Positions 7,924-16,885 of a stretch of DNA of 64,000 bases are shown one piece after another. This stretch comes from Patescibacteria group bacterium (GTDB lineage: Bacteria > Patescibacteriota > Patescibacteriia > UBA2591 > UBA4787), in NCBI GenBank assembly GCA_028715115.1, contig JAQUSN010000002.1, forward strand, positions 4,944 through 68,943, in the 5' to 3' direction. Within the stretch, counting starts at the first letter, position 1, and the number at the start of each line of letters is the position of its first letter. The position numbers and the translations under genes were made by a program. Under the pieces are notes generated by a model that saw nothing but the letters and a program-made list of their open reading frames with translations, made no database searches and was not told the DNA's origin.

Positions 7924-8778
7924 ATGAAAAACAAGGTTATTAATTGGCTATTTATTCTCTGTCTTTTTCTAGTTTCTTTATCTTTGACTGGCTGTTCAAG
8001 CCAGACCACTAATTTAATAAACCAGCCAACAAACAATGTTGTTAATCAAACTAATAGTCCGACAGAAGCAGCAAACGAGGTGGTGCAAAACCTTCAAAAC
8101 AATGTTGTCATTAACAATAAAGATAATAGTGTGGTGGATAATAATCAAATCCCCGACTATTATTCTGTCACTAAGGTGGTTGACGGCGATACTTTTAAGG
8201 TCTCAATCAATGGCTCAGAAAAAAGCATTCGTTTGATCGGCCTTGATACGCCAGAAACTGTTGACCCAAGAAAGCCAGTTCAATGTTTTGGAGTTGCGGC
8301 ATCAAATAAGGCCAAAGAGTTATTGTCTAGCAAAAAAGTAAAACTCGAAGCCGATTCATCTCAAGGCGATCTTGATAAATATGGCCGCTTGCTTCGTTAT
8401 GCTTTTTTGGAAGACGGTACCTTCTTTAACAAGTGGATGATCGCTAACGGTTATGGTCATGAATATACGTACAATTTGCCGTATAAATACCAAACAGAGT
8501 TTAAAGAGGCCGAGAGATCAGCCCAAACCAATAAATTGGGCTTATGGGCCGACGGCGCCTGTGATAGTCAAGCCAATACACAATCCCCAGTTCCGGCCAC
8601 ACCAGCAGCTACGGGGCATGTTTTTTACACCTCATCTTACTACACCTCTAAAACCTATTATTGTGATACAGATTTGGCATGGAAAAATCTTAGCCCAAAA
8701 TACCTGAAACAGTTTTCAAGCGAAGTAGAGCTATCAAAGGTTTATCCTACCAAGACTCTTCACGAACCATGCAAATAG
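7924..8778 (+). CDS. Thermonuclease (SNase) family lipoprotein
   Basis: Lipobox LTGC; VVDGDT, IRLIGLDTPE, DKYGRLLRY, GLW. Confidence 0.9.
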   Translation: MKNKVINWLFILCLFLVSLSLTGCSSQTTNLINQPTNNVVNQTNSPTEAANEVVQNLQNNVVINNKDNSVVDNNQIPDYYSVTKVVDGDTFKVSINGSEKSIRLIGLDTPETVDPRKPVQCFGVAASNKAKELLSSKKVKLEADSSQGDLDKYGRLLRYAFLEDGTFFNKWMIANGYGHEYTYNLPYKYQTEFKEAERSAQTNKLGLWADGACDSQANTQSPVPATPAATGHVFYTSSYYTSKTYYCDTDLAWKNLSPKYLKQFSSEVELSKVYPTKTLHEPCK

Positions 8779-9984
8779 TTATCCGTTTGTTGAGCTATTA
8801 TTTTTAGGTGGTGGCCATGGCTTACTAATCATGCCTCCCTCCTTATTATAATCTATAAGATATTCTCGTGTTTTCTCCTTGCTCTCCATGAGCTCAAGGA
8901 AATGGTTCCAGTCTTCTACCGTTACCACCTCTCCATTTGGACCGACGCTTTTTGAGCTATAGGGAGCACTGATGCAAAAATCAGGATGAATATTTCTCTT
9001 TTCTCTCTCTTCAGGACTTAAATATTGACCGAAATATTTTTCATAAAGCGCTGGTGGATAAAATTCGCGAGTTCGAGGGCCGGTTACTAGTAAATATTCC
9101 TGTAGCCAAATTAATTCATCCGAGCAACTGCTTTTTATTCTTTCAATATCTTCGGGTTTGAATTTCTCCGGCCAAAGGTTTCGATCATTATCATCCAAGA
9201 GGGGATAAATGCAGCAGGCAGCATTGGCAATCCGATTCTGAACAATTTCCCTATAAAGCTTCATAATCAATGATGAATTGTCTAATAGATTGCCCAATAC
9301 GACAATGTTGGTTGATTTATCGCCGGCCGGCATAATCTCATTTTTAAACCATTCGCACATCCTTTTGCCTTCTTTGTAATTTTTCGCGGATTGCCTGTCT
9401 TCCAAATCGTCACAAATAATCAGGTCGGGTCGATGCTGTCCGAATTTTATTCCCCTGATATTTTGCCGTAATCCGGCAGCCATAATCATGGCTCCGTATT
9501 TTTTTAGCAAAATATGGTTTGGCCCCCAATCTTCATGATCTTGACGGAAGCCGCCGAAGTCATTATTTAATAGTTCATTGCTTTCCAGTTCGTATTTTAT
9601 ATTTTCCAGATGAAGCTTGGCTTGTTTTTTGTGCTGACTTAGAATCAGCACAAACTTTTTTTGCGGTTTGCCGATGATTGACCAAATAATGTTCGAAAGA
9701 TTCATGATGGTGCTTTTGCCTGAACCGCGAAAAGCGATTATGTTAACCAATCGATATGAGGGATCTTCTGTGATAGTCAGCATCTGTTTGTGGAAAATAG
9801 CCAAAGGATAGCTTAAATGATCAGCCAAGTAAATTTTTGAAAACCAATAGTGACTTTGCTTGGCAAGTTCTTGTCGGAATCGGCGGCTTGTTTTTATCTG
9901 TTCAAAAATGGTCCCAATCGGCTGGGTCTCGTTCCTTCTTGGCACCAGCTCCGTCTGTTTTTGGCGGGATTCCTGATTTGTCAT
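8779..9984 (-). CDS. Terminase large subunit-like ATPase (nuclease domain not recognisable)
   Basis: Walker A AFRGSGKST, Walker B LIICDDLED, VVLGNLL, LWPEKF...QEYLL. Confidence 0.75.
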   Translation of the reverse strand: MTNQESRQKQTELVPRRNETQPIGTIFEQIKTSRRFRQELAKQSHYWFSKIYLADHLSYPLAIFHKQMLTITEDPSYRLVNIIAFRGSGKSTIMNLSNIIWSIIGKPQKKFVLILSQHKKQAKLHLENIKYELESNELLNNDFGGFRQDHEDWGPNHILLKKYGAMIMAAGLRQNIRGIKFGQHRPDLIICDDLEDRQSAKNYKEGKRMCEWFKNEIMPAGDKSTNIVVLGNLLDNSSLIMKLYREIVQNRIANAACCIYPLLDDNDRNLWPEKFKPEDIERIKSSCSDELIWLQEYLLVTGPRTREFYPPALYEKYFGQYLSPEEREKRNIHPDFCISAPYSSKSVGPNGEVVTVEDWNHFLELMESKEKTREYLIDYNKEGGMISKPWPPPKNNSSTNG

Positions 9985-10354
9985 ATTCCTCTTTTGCCAC
10001 TTCCGTGGCTATTTTTAACAATTTAATTTGCTCCGGCTTTAATTCTTCATAATACGCTTCTTTTACTGTGTGCAGTTTCTCGGCATATTGCGAATGGTGA
10101 TTCTTAAGCCAATAAATAATGGCCGTGATATTTCCTTTTTTTATCAAGCTGAGCAACTGACTTTCAGCCATATCGTTGATTAGTGACGATCCATCAGAAA
10201 TGGCATCATCGGCTAATCGGGCAAAGGCTTTATCTTCCTTGCGCCAACGATAATAGCTGCTTCTGTTGAGCCCGACCTTTTCACAGGCAAACTGAACTAT
10301 GGGGACCCTCTTTAGTTGCTCAAGCAGATTTCTTTTTATTTCTTTGGTCTTCAT
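9902..10354 (-). CDS. HTH protein, terminase small subunit-like
   Basis: ACEKVGLNRSSYYRWRKED HTH; AESQLL...AIIYWLK; upstream of TerL-like gene. Confidence 0.6.
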   Translation of the reverse strand: MKTKEIKRNLLEQLKRVPIVQFACEKVGLNRSSYYRWRKEDKAFARLADDAISDGSSLINDMAESQLLSLIKKGNITAIIYWLKNHHSQYAEKLHTVKEAYYEELKPEQIKLLKIATEVAKEEYDKSGIPPKTDGAGAKKERDPADWDHF

Positions 10355-11688
10355 AAAACCTTGTGCGCTTTAACTCCGGTTAGCTTTTCCCATCGGTTCC
10401 GAATAACCTCTGCATAGACGGGCGACTTCTCCATTAGATAGCAGCGACGTTTCATCTTCTCGGCAGCGATCAGTGTTGATCCGCTGCCGCCAAACGGCTC
10501 AATAATTAAGTCATTTCTCTTGGTTAAAACCTTGAGATAGGGGATAAGAACTTCAAGCGGTTTGGTTCCGAAGATAATCCCTTGGCCTGAGCTTTTCTCG
10601 TCGGCGGCCGTATATTCGATATAATCGGTGGGGCAATATTTCTTGCCGGCTTCGTAGCTTTCCCAATGCGGTTTGCCGGAAGTGGCGTAAAGAGCGTTTT
10701 CATATTCCTCTTGCAGTAATCCTTCTTCGGGCCCCAAATTCAAATCAACTTTCCCCTGGGTTCCCACGGCGGCAATATCTGTCTTATTGAAGAATTTATA
10801 TTTAGCTGCAAAGCCCTGGCATCTGTTTGGCACATGCCAAGTAATCGTATTTCTGTATTTCCAGTGTTTCTCTAATTCCAACCAAATAGTTTTAAGATTC
10901 TTGGGATTTTCAAAGACAATAATTGAAAAGTCGGACTTTTGAATCTTGGCAACATTAGCCATCCATTTTTCGGTAAAGTCCGGCGGCAATTCATCTGTTT
11001 CCAGATATTTGCGATCTCGCTTTAAACCAAATCCCTCGATTGCTTCGCCGTGCTTCTTTTTGCCTTTTAAATAATCTAAGAGGTAAGGTGGGTCAGTGAA
11101 ACACATATCTGCACTTTCATTGCCCATTAGCCTCAAGACGTCATTTTCAATAGTTGAATCGCCGCACATTAAGCGGTGATTACCTAATTGCCAAACGTCG
11201 CCCCTTTGAATCTCAATTTGAGAAATGTTTAATTTATCCAATTCTTTCTTTAGATCAAATATTTCTGGGCTTTCGTCAATGCCAAAGATGTTATCCATCT
11301 CTTCCGAAGAGAATCCAACGTCGCCCAGCATCTTTTCGCCAAAATCAGCCAAAATGTTCCAATCAAACTCACCGGTGTTTTTATTGAGGCGAAGATTGAT
11401 TTCTTTCTCAAGCTCTAGGCCTGGGATATCAACCCAAACAATGGGCACGGTGGTAAAGCCCAATTCTTTGACAATCTTTAACCGAAAATTCCCGCCTAAC
11501 ACCACCCCTTTGCGGTTTAACGCTGAATTAACAATTAAAGGATCAATTAGTCCGAATTTAGCAATTGATTCTTTTAGATTTTTGCTTGTTTCATCTGACC
11601 AGACTCGTGGATTATATTCACACGGTTTTAGTTGATCAATTGAAACGTACTCGACCTTTAGAATTGACTTCGCGACAGAAGTTTCCAT
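10351..11688 (-). CDS. ParB N-terminal domain / N4-N6 DNA methyltransferase
   Basis: YNPR...GLIDPLIVN ParB; HRLMCGDS, TDPPY, EPFGGSGSTL; start taken at METSVAK. Confidence 0.9.
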   Translation of the reverse strand: METSVAKSILKVEYVSIDQLKPCEYNPRVWSDETSKNLKESIAKFGLIDPLIVNSALNRKGVVLGGNFRLKIVKELGFTTVPIVWVDIPGLELEKEINLRLNKNTGEFDWNILADFGEKMLGDVGFSSEEMDNIFGIDESPEIFDLKKELDKLNISQIEIQRGDVWQLGNHRLMCGDSTIENDVLRLMGNESADMCFTDPPYLLDYLKGKKKHGEAIEGFGLKRDRKYLETDELPPDFTEKWMANVAKIQKSDFSIIVFENPKNLKTIWLELEKHWKYRNTITWHVPNRCQGFAAKYKFFNKTDIAAVGTQGKVDLNLGPEEGLLQEEYENALYATSGKPHWESYEAGKKYCPTDYIEYTAADEKSSGQGIIFGTKPLEVLIPYLKVLTKRNDLIIEPFGGSGSTLIAAEKMKRRCYLMEKSPVYAEVIRNRWEKLTGVKAHKVL

Positions 11689-11991
11689 AGGTATTAAATT
11701 AATGATTAATAAATTAAATAAACAAAAGCGACCCAAAAAAGAATTCATCAAAAATTGATGTAACCCTTTTTTGGGCCGCGTTGTACATGTTGGAGATCAA
11801 CCTAGGTTGGTGATTATCTTGATTCGATGGCTAATGTTATCGTAGCCTATCGGCGGAATTACGCGGTCTGTATTAAATTGTTATTTATAGTATAAAACAA
11901 GAATATATTTTGGCAAGAAAAGTTATCCACATATCGTGAACCCTGTGAACATAGTATACACTTGACAGTTTTTAAAATGATGTTATGATAA

Positions 11992-12645
11992 TTGCATATG
12001 ACTATTCATAAAACACAACTTAAATTATTAGAATTAATGAAAACACACAATCTGAATGGCCTGTCTTTGCGTGATATTGGTGAGTTAATTGGGATAAAGG
12101 ATAAACCCCATATAATTAGGCATCATCTTTTACAATTGAAGAAACGAGGACTCATCTATTGGGATCAATCAAAAAAAGAGATTAGAAAAATATCAAAGGG
12201 AATAGAGAGCGATAGCGGTTTAGTTCCCATTCCCATTCTTGGCGCGGCTAATTGTGGCCCGGCCACTCTTTTGGCTGAACAAAATATTCAAGGATATCTT
12301 AGGATATCAAAAAGATTTTTGCCTCGAGTTACAAAAAATATCTTTGCCATTAGAGCCGTTGGTTCATCTTTGAATAGGGCCGATGTTGATCACAAAGGAA
12401 TGCATATTGATGATGGCGATTATGTTTTGATCGATAGTAGTTATCGAAACCCACAAAACAAAGATTATGTTTTATCTGTTATTGATGATGTTGCCAATAT
12501 TAAGAAGTTTATCAGAGAGAAAAATAAAATAACTTTATTATCTGAATCAACAGAAAATATTCCACCCATCTATATACACCGTGATGATAATTATATGATT
12601 AACGGTAAGGTAATCCAAGTAATTAAGAAACCTAAAATAGATTAA
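11992..12645 (+). CDS. LexA/S24-family repressor
   Basis: N-terminal wHTH (SLRDIGELIG), ANCG cleavage site, AVGSSL Ser, NIKK Lys. Confidence 0.85.
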   Translation: MHMTIHKTQLKLLELMKTHNLNGLSLRDIGELIGIKDKPHIIRHHLLQLKKRGLIYWDQSKKEIRKISKGIESDSGLVPIPILGAANCGPATLLAEQNIQGYLRISKRFLPRVTKNIFAIRAVGSSLNRADVDHKGMHIDDGDYVLIDSSYRNPQNKDYVLSVIDDVANIKKFIREKNKITLLSESTENIPPIYIHRDDNYMINGKVIQVIKKPKID

Positions 12646-12821
12646 TAGTATTTATAGTTCTTTAAAAGCTGGCGAGGAAAAACGGCGCCCGATTTATGTT
12701 TCTTTTATCTCAGACTAATCACCTTTACCCCCTCCAAGAGTTATTTTACGATGATTCTTGGAGGGCTGGTTTAAAGGTTGAACAGTCCGAGTTTAATTAA
12801 CAATAATTGACGTACTGTTTT

Positions 12822-12998
12822 ATGAATGAACGAATTTCGGTTAAGACAGGACAGATAGCGCCAATCTCTGGTCAATATAGGCCGGTCGGCACTACTTTTG
12901 AGATCACCCTTTCTAAGGGCGATCGCGTCCCGCCTTATCAAGGCAGAGCCTGGACATTTGTTTTGGTTGATAAAACCAAACATATGATTAGGTACTAA
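12822..12998 (+). CDS. YjzC-like small protein
   Basis: KTGQIAPISGQY...EITLSKGDRVPP. Confidence 0.7.
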   Translation: MNERISVKTGQIAPISGQYRPVGTTFEITLSKGDRVPPYQGRAWTFVLVDKTKHMIRY

Positions 12999-13050
12999 TC
13001 TTGCTTTAAGCCTCGTCAGCTTTTAGAGAACTATACGATGTTATAATTTT

Positions 13051-13644
13051 ATGCTGTCTAAGAAATCTATCGAGGAATATAAAAGGATATACAAAGAACA
13101 TTATGGTCAAGAAATATCAGACCAAGAAGCTCTCGAACAGGGGACCAATCTGCTTAATTTTTATAAGATTCTTTATGAGTGCGAACTGAAGGAATTTCGA
13201 TGGAAAGAGAAATTAAAAGACAGCCCCAAGGGGGTTCACATAGATGCTGGGGAATATACTTGTTGTGTGTGCAAAAATCATGTTGATGGTACAGTTTGTT
13301 GGTATGATCAAAATGGTATTAAATGCCCTCTATGCCAGAAAGCTGTTGAGAATAATATCATTCCAGTAGAAGTTTGTAAGGATCGTGATAGTTGGTATGC
13401 TGTTTGGGAATTTGATCATTATTTTAAGATGAAAGCAGCTACCGTTCGTAAGTTCATTCGCAATGGTAAACTTAAAGCAAGAATTATAACAGATGAAAAC
13501 GGGCATACACATTGCGAGGTTTTAATGATTAAAGAAAATTCAGAAGTTTTACCATCCAAGCCAAAGAGTCATATGGTGCAAAATAAAGATGGGTCGTTCC
13601 ACGTAGAGTATGAAGAAGTTAATTTAGATAAGTTATTAAAATAA
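13051..13644 (+). CDS. Hypothetical protein (Cys-rich Zn-binding segment + excisionase-like HTH)
   Basis: CCVC...CPLC; TVRKFIRNGKLKARII. Confidence 0.6.
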   Translation: MLSKKSIEEYKRIYKEHYGQEISDQEALEQGTNLLNFYKILYECELKEFRWKEKLKDSPKGVHIDAGEYTCCVCKNHVDGTVCWYDQNGIKCPLCQKAVENNIIPVEVCKDRDSWYAVWEFDHYFKMKAATVRKFIRNGKLKARIITDENGHTHCEVLMIKENSEVLPSKPKSHMVQNKDGSFHVEYEEVNLDKLLK

Positions 13645-13653
13645 AAATATTTT

Positions 13654-14433
13654 ATGGATAATGATGGAATAAATTTAGATTTATGGAATAAATTAAGTGC
13701 TGTTCAAAAGAAGACTCGAATAGAGTTCGCGCTAAAAATTATTATTAATGTTGCGCAGATTCAAAAACAATCACTAAAAAATATTAAAAAATTTGGTAAT
13801 CCAGACGCAGAAAGGTTTCTCTATTTTGAGAAAACATTAGATGATATATGGGAAAACATAAAATTTGCTATTTCATTGGGAAAGGGGAAAAACAGAAAGT
13901 TTGCCTTTTATCCCGCTAGAAGTGTTTTAGAAAATTTTTTTAGATTAGATTATTTTACCCAGCAAAATCCGCAAGAACAAAAAAATATTGCCATGATGGA
14001 GGCTCTTAAAGTTTGTAAGATAATGTATGATCAAGAAAAAACAAACAATCATACAGAGGGGATGAAATCTTTTAATAATCACTATCAGAAAGTAAGCGAT
14101 GGTACCTACCAAGATATTGATAGTATAAATTTAAGTAGTCTTGATGCGTTTCCGTCAATGAAAGAAATGATGAAGCGTTCAAATCTTCTAGATGGGAATG
14201 AATGGTATTTTATATATCGGAGCTTGTCAGAGTCTGCTCATGGAAAATTTATGGCTAGACTGATTAGAGAACTTGATGATAGGGCAGAGTATATTAGATC
14301 ATTAATGTGTTTAAATCGTATAGCAATTGAAACAATTAAAATTACTGATTTCCATTTAAGATTTAAAACTAAAGATGACGTAAAAAGGGTTATTATACAG
14401 GCTAAGTCAATCATTGAGAGACAACAATCATGA
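13654..14433 (+). CDS. Hypothetical protein, DUF5677/HEPN-like
   Basis: ARSVLEN and YRSLSESAHG (Rx4-6H-like) motifs. Confidence 0.5.
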   Translation: MDNDGINLDLWNKLSAVQKKTRIEFALKIIINVAQIQKQSLKNIKKFGNPDAERFLYFEKTLDDIWENIKFAISLGKGKNRKFAFYPARSVLENFFRLDYFTQQNPQEQKNIAMMEALKVCKIMYDQEKTNNHTEGMKSFNNHYQKVSDGTYQDIDSINLSSLDAFPSMKEMMKRSNLLDGNEWYFIYRSLSESAHGKFMARLIRELDDRAEYIRSLMCLNRIAIETIKITDFHLRFKTKDDVKRVIIQAKSIIERQQS

Positions 14434-14768
14434 TTCAATTTATTACACCAAAATTATTTCAGAGCATTGTTGATCAGGGTTATGATATGGCGGCTTTATG
14501 GATGAACGAAGTGGTCAAAATGATTTTAAAATTATATTGGCCATATATTTTAGCTTTTTTGTTTTTCGCTGCATTGGTCAAAATTTGCCAATGGAGAATT
14601 GGCAGTTTAATTTATCATATAATTGCCGGCACCTTTTTAATGGTCCTATTTATAATTGGTGGGGGATTTAAAATATTTTTTAATCCCTTCTTTGATTTAA
14701 TCTGTTTTTTCATATATAAACTTTCATTCTATTTAACGGGCCAAACTTGGCACAGTAGATTAAGGTAG
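14430..14768 (+). CDS. Small membrane protein
   Basis: Hydrophobic 112-aa ORF overlapping upstream stop. Confidence 0.6.
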   Translation: MIQFITPKLFQSIVDQGYDMAALWMNEVVKMILKLYWPYILAFLFFAALVKICQWRIGSLIYHIIAGTFLMVLFIIGGGFKIFFNPFFDLICFFIYKLSFYLTGQTWHSRLR

Positions 14769-14996
14769 TTAATGTTCTTCTGGATAGAGAAGAAGGGTAT
14801 CTTAGCAAAAAGAGACACAAAGCACTCCTTTTTATAGTGTCTCATTTGTCGCATTTTGGGCTGCATAAGGTCGGCCTAGCAACCCACGTGCTTCAAAATT
14901 AGCACTAGACAAGTCGCCAAATAAGCTTTATAATTTCTATATATACGGGGTACTTAACCAGAGTGTCCCGCCAGCAAAAATATTTATTACATAATC

Positions 14997-15022
14997 AAAA
15001 AGCTCCGCAAGTGGGGCTTTTT
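14997..15022 (+). terminator. Intrinsic terminator
   Basis: AAAAAGCTCCGC-AA-GTGGGGCTTTTT. Confidence 0.7.
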
Positions 15023-15129
15023 GGTTAGTTCAACATGTCCTTGACGTACGCCCCAGCATATTATATTATTTAAATAGTTGGATATTGGAGGTCTTTTCGT
15101 CAGATATAACATTATTTTTTAATGGGTTT

Positions 15130-15693
15130 ATGTCTGTATCGAAGGTGATCATAATATCCGGACCCCCATGTACGGGGAAAACTACTTTAGCGAAAAAAGT
15201 AGCAAGCGTTTTTGGTTTGCCTATAGTTAGTTGTGACTCGATAAGGGAAATACTGTTTGATATATTTAATTGTTCTAATTTAGTGATGTTTAGAAAAGAT
15301 CGAGAAGCCGGCTTTGCCATCATGTTTAATATTTTGAAATTACTTTTTACTTGCAACCAGAATTTAATAATTGATTCGACTTTTTGGAGAAGAGAGGTTA
15401 GGAAAGAATTAAAAAAATTACAGAAACAATATAAGTTTAAATCTTTACAAATCAATCTTAAGTCATCTGGCATTGTTCTTTGGGATAGATATCAAGAGAG
15501 GGTAGCGTCTGGCCATCGGCATAAGGGATATTTAGATCATTTAAGGCAAAGAGAATTAAGGGCTAAGATTATAAAAGGTTTTTCTATTCCGCCTAAATTG
15601 AAGGGCAAAACCATAAAAGTAGATACAACCGATTTTACCAAGGTTGATTATAGGGGGTTAATAAAGAAGATAAAAATTTTTTTAGCAGCATAG
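15130..15693 (+). CDS. AAA_33-type P-loop kinase
   Basis: IIISGPPCTGKTT, LIIDSTF. Confidence 0.8.
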   Translation: MSVSKVIIISGPPCTGKTTLAKKVASVFGLPIVSCDSIREILFDIFNCSNLVMFRKDREAGFAIMFNILKLLFTCNQNLIIDSTFWRREVRKELKKLQKQYKFKSLQINLKSSGIVLWDRYQERVASGHRHKGYLDHLRQRELRAKIIKGFSIPPKLKGKTIKVDTTDFTKVDYRGLIKKIKIFLAA

Positions 15694-15705
15694 ATTATAA
15701 TATAA

Positions 15706-16446
15706 ATGGTCGAGATAAAATTAGTCGCTACTATTTTTATTGGTATTGTCGCCGGATTTCTTGGCGCCGTTGCTGGCGGTGGTGGGTTGATTTCAATACC
15801 TTTTTTAATTTTTCTTGGCGTTCCTCCACAAATAACTTTAGCCACTAATAAATTTGGCGGTCTTGGTCTTAGTCTTGGCGGTTTATACAAATTTATTAAA
15901 GAAAAGCAAATCGTGTGGAAGTACGCCATTTTTTTGTCTATCGCCGGTATTTTGGGCAGCATTATTGGGTCGAAAATATTACTTTCTTCAAATATCGTCT
16001 TCCTTCAGAAATTAATTGGCGCTTCTTTGATTGTTTTGGTTCCGACTATATTTCTTAAAAAAGATTTTGGTATTGTAGAAAAAGAAGTTTCTAGCGCAAG
16101 AAAAATTTTAGGATGCTTTTTGTATTTTATTGTCGCGATAATAGCAAGTTTTTTGGGCGGCTTAGGCGGCATAAGCATGAGTATTGTTATTTTGTTTTTC
16201 GGTCTTTCGATAATTAAAGCCAATGCTACTGAGCTTTTTTCTTATTCGGCCTTTTCTTTGTCGGCAGTAATTATTTTTATTTTTAATAAGATTATTGATT
16301 ATCGAGTTGGCGTTGTGCTTTTTTTGGGCATGCTTATCGGCGGATATATAGGCGCCCATACGGCTATTAAAAAGGGCAATAAATGGGTTAAGGCTGTTTT
16401 TTCTATTGTTGTCGTTGCTTCGGCCGTTAAAATTCTTTTAAGTTAA
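15706..16446 (+). CDS. TauE/SafE (TSUP) family transporter
   Basis: GAVAGGGGLISIP...ATNK; multiple TM segments. Confidence 0.9.
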   Translation: MVEIKLVATIFIGIVAGFLGAVAGGGGLISIPFLIFLGVPPQITLATNKFGGLGLSLGGLYKFIKEKQIVWKYAIFLSIAGILGSIIGSKILLSSNIVFLQKLIGASLIVLVPTIFLKKDFGIVEKEVSSARKILGCFLYFIVAIIASFLGGLGGISMSIVILFFGLSIIKANATELFSYSAFSLSAVIIFIFNKIIDYRVGVVLFLGMLIGGYIGAHTAIKKGNKWVKAVFSIVVVASAVKILLS

Positions 16447-16526
16447 AATGTTTATTAATTATTTTTTTAATTAGTTTTTGCATAATAATTAATGGCATAT
16501 ATTTTGTTTATAATAAAGTAATTATT

Positions 16527-16871
16527 ATGATCGCATTAAAAAGAATTTATGAACCATATAAAAAGGATGACGGTTTCCGCGTCCTTGTCGATCGGCTTTG
16601 GCCGAGAGGTATTAGTAAAAGTAGGGCTAAAATTAATTTGTGGTTGAAAGATATCGGACCAAGTAATGAGTTAAGAAAATGGTTTTCTCATCGTGAAGAC
16701 AGGTGGATGGGGTTTAAGAAAAACTACAAGCAAGAACTCAGGGGGAAACAAGATTTACTAATTCAATTAGCGAACCTATCAAAAAAACGAAAGAAATTAA
16801 CCCTGCTTTACGGAGCTAAAGACGAGAAACATAATCAAGCGGTAGTTATAAAAGAAATGTTAAGACAATAA
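16527..16871 (+). CDS. DUF488 (YeaO-like) protein
   Basis: KRIYE...GFRVLVDRLWPRG...PSNELRKWF...HNQAVV. Confidence 0.9.
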   Translation: MIALKRIYEPYKKDDGFRVLVDRLWPRGISKSRAKINLWLKDIGPSNELRKWFSHREDRWMGFKKNYKQELRGKQDLLIQLANLSKKRKKLTLLYGAKDEKHNQAVVIKEMLRQ

Positions 16872-16885
16872 ACAAAAGATTTTCT

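Larger units (their letters stand above)
6284..14860. mobile_element. Serine-recombinase genomic island 1 (boundaries approximate)
   Basis: Recombinase plus terminase-like, ParB-MTase and LexA-like genes; terminal motif shared with island 2. Confidence 0.6.

Noticed and set aside
8779-12645. Complete prophage
   Set aside because: No portal, capsid, tail or lysis genes in the window.
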